A stretch of 64,000 nt of DNA from Squalus acanthias (Eukaryota): contig CM059438.1 of the NCBI GenBank assembly GCA_030390025.1, positions 55,616,001 through 55,680,000 of the forward strand, written 5' to 3'. The translations under genes and the position numbers were made by a program. The notes beneath the pieces were generated by a model. That model was not told the DNA's origin. It saw nothing but the letters and a program-made list of their open reading frames with translations, and did no database searches. Shown piece after piece: positions 63,677-64,000 of the stretch (position 1 is the first letter of the stretch; every line of letters begins with the position of its first letter).

Positions 63677-64000
63677 ATATAGACCCTCAATGTAATCTCC
63701 AAAATCAGTCACTCTGATAATTAATATAATGGAGCCACTTAGTGTAATCTCCAAGCAGTTTGATATAAAGGAGAGTTTAGAGTTTGAGACCATCGGCTCA
63801 CCCCATTCAGCTTGACAGACAAAATGTGACCAATCAGCTTGTACGTCCGGTTTCTTGTACTTTATTAACATAAAAAGTTAACGTTCCTCTAAAAACATTT
63901 CGCAATGCAAAAGTATCTTCAGCCGAGGACCGACCCATCCTTGAAGCAGTTCGGAAGTCTACTTTTACTAGTTTTTTGTTTTAAACAGTTCACGGTTATT

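Overview
Eukaryotic, vertebrate DNA, most likely a cartilaginous fish. That host call is my inference from the V-SINE/HE1-like SINE, the CR1-like LINE tail and the Penelope pLTR sequences. About 84% of the window is two large tandem arrays: a 33/32-bp satellite (1-25145, with a ~4.75-kb higher-order repeat) and a 67-bp satellite (~35226-63676). A 200-N gap follows the first array. The ~10-kb island between them holds: the first coding exon of a storkhead-box gene (STOX1-like, minus strand, 25757-26078, GTGAGT donor); a promoter-proximal 7-copy VNTR built from GC-box, PBX/PREP-MEIS, CTCF-like and RFX-like motifs; a tRNA-derived V-SINE nested in a CR1-like LINE tail; a 5'-truncated Neptune-type Penelope element with inverted pLTRs, minimal hammerhead ribozymes and a 16-bp TSD; a full-length, young CsRN1-clade Ty3/Gypsy element inserted into that Penelope's GIY-YIG region; a ~107-bp solo hammerhead/pLTR insertion; and a perfect 17 x 28-bp minisatellite. 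Almost all ORFs in the supplied track are artefacts of repeat periodicity. I see no evidence for a wholly new multi-gene system. The most interesting items are the promoter VNTR, the nested ribozyme-bearing retroelement structure and the satellite architecture around STOX1.
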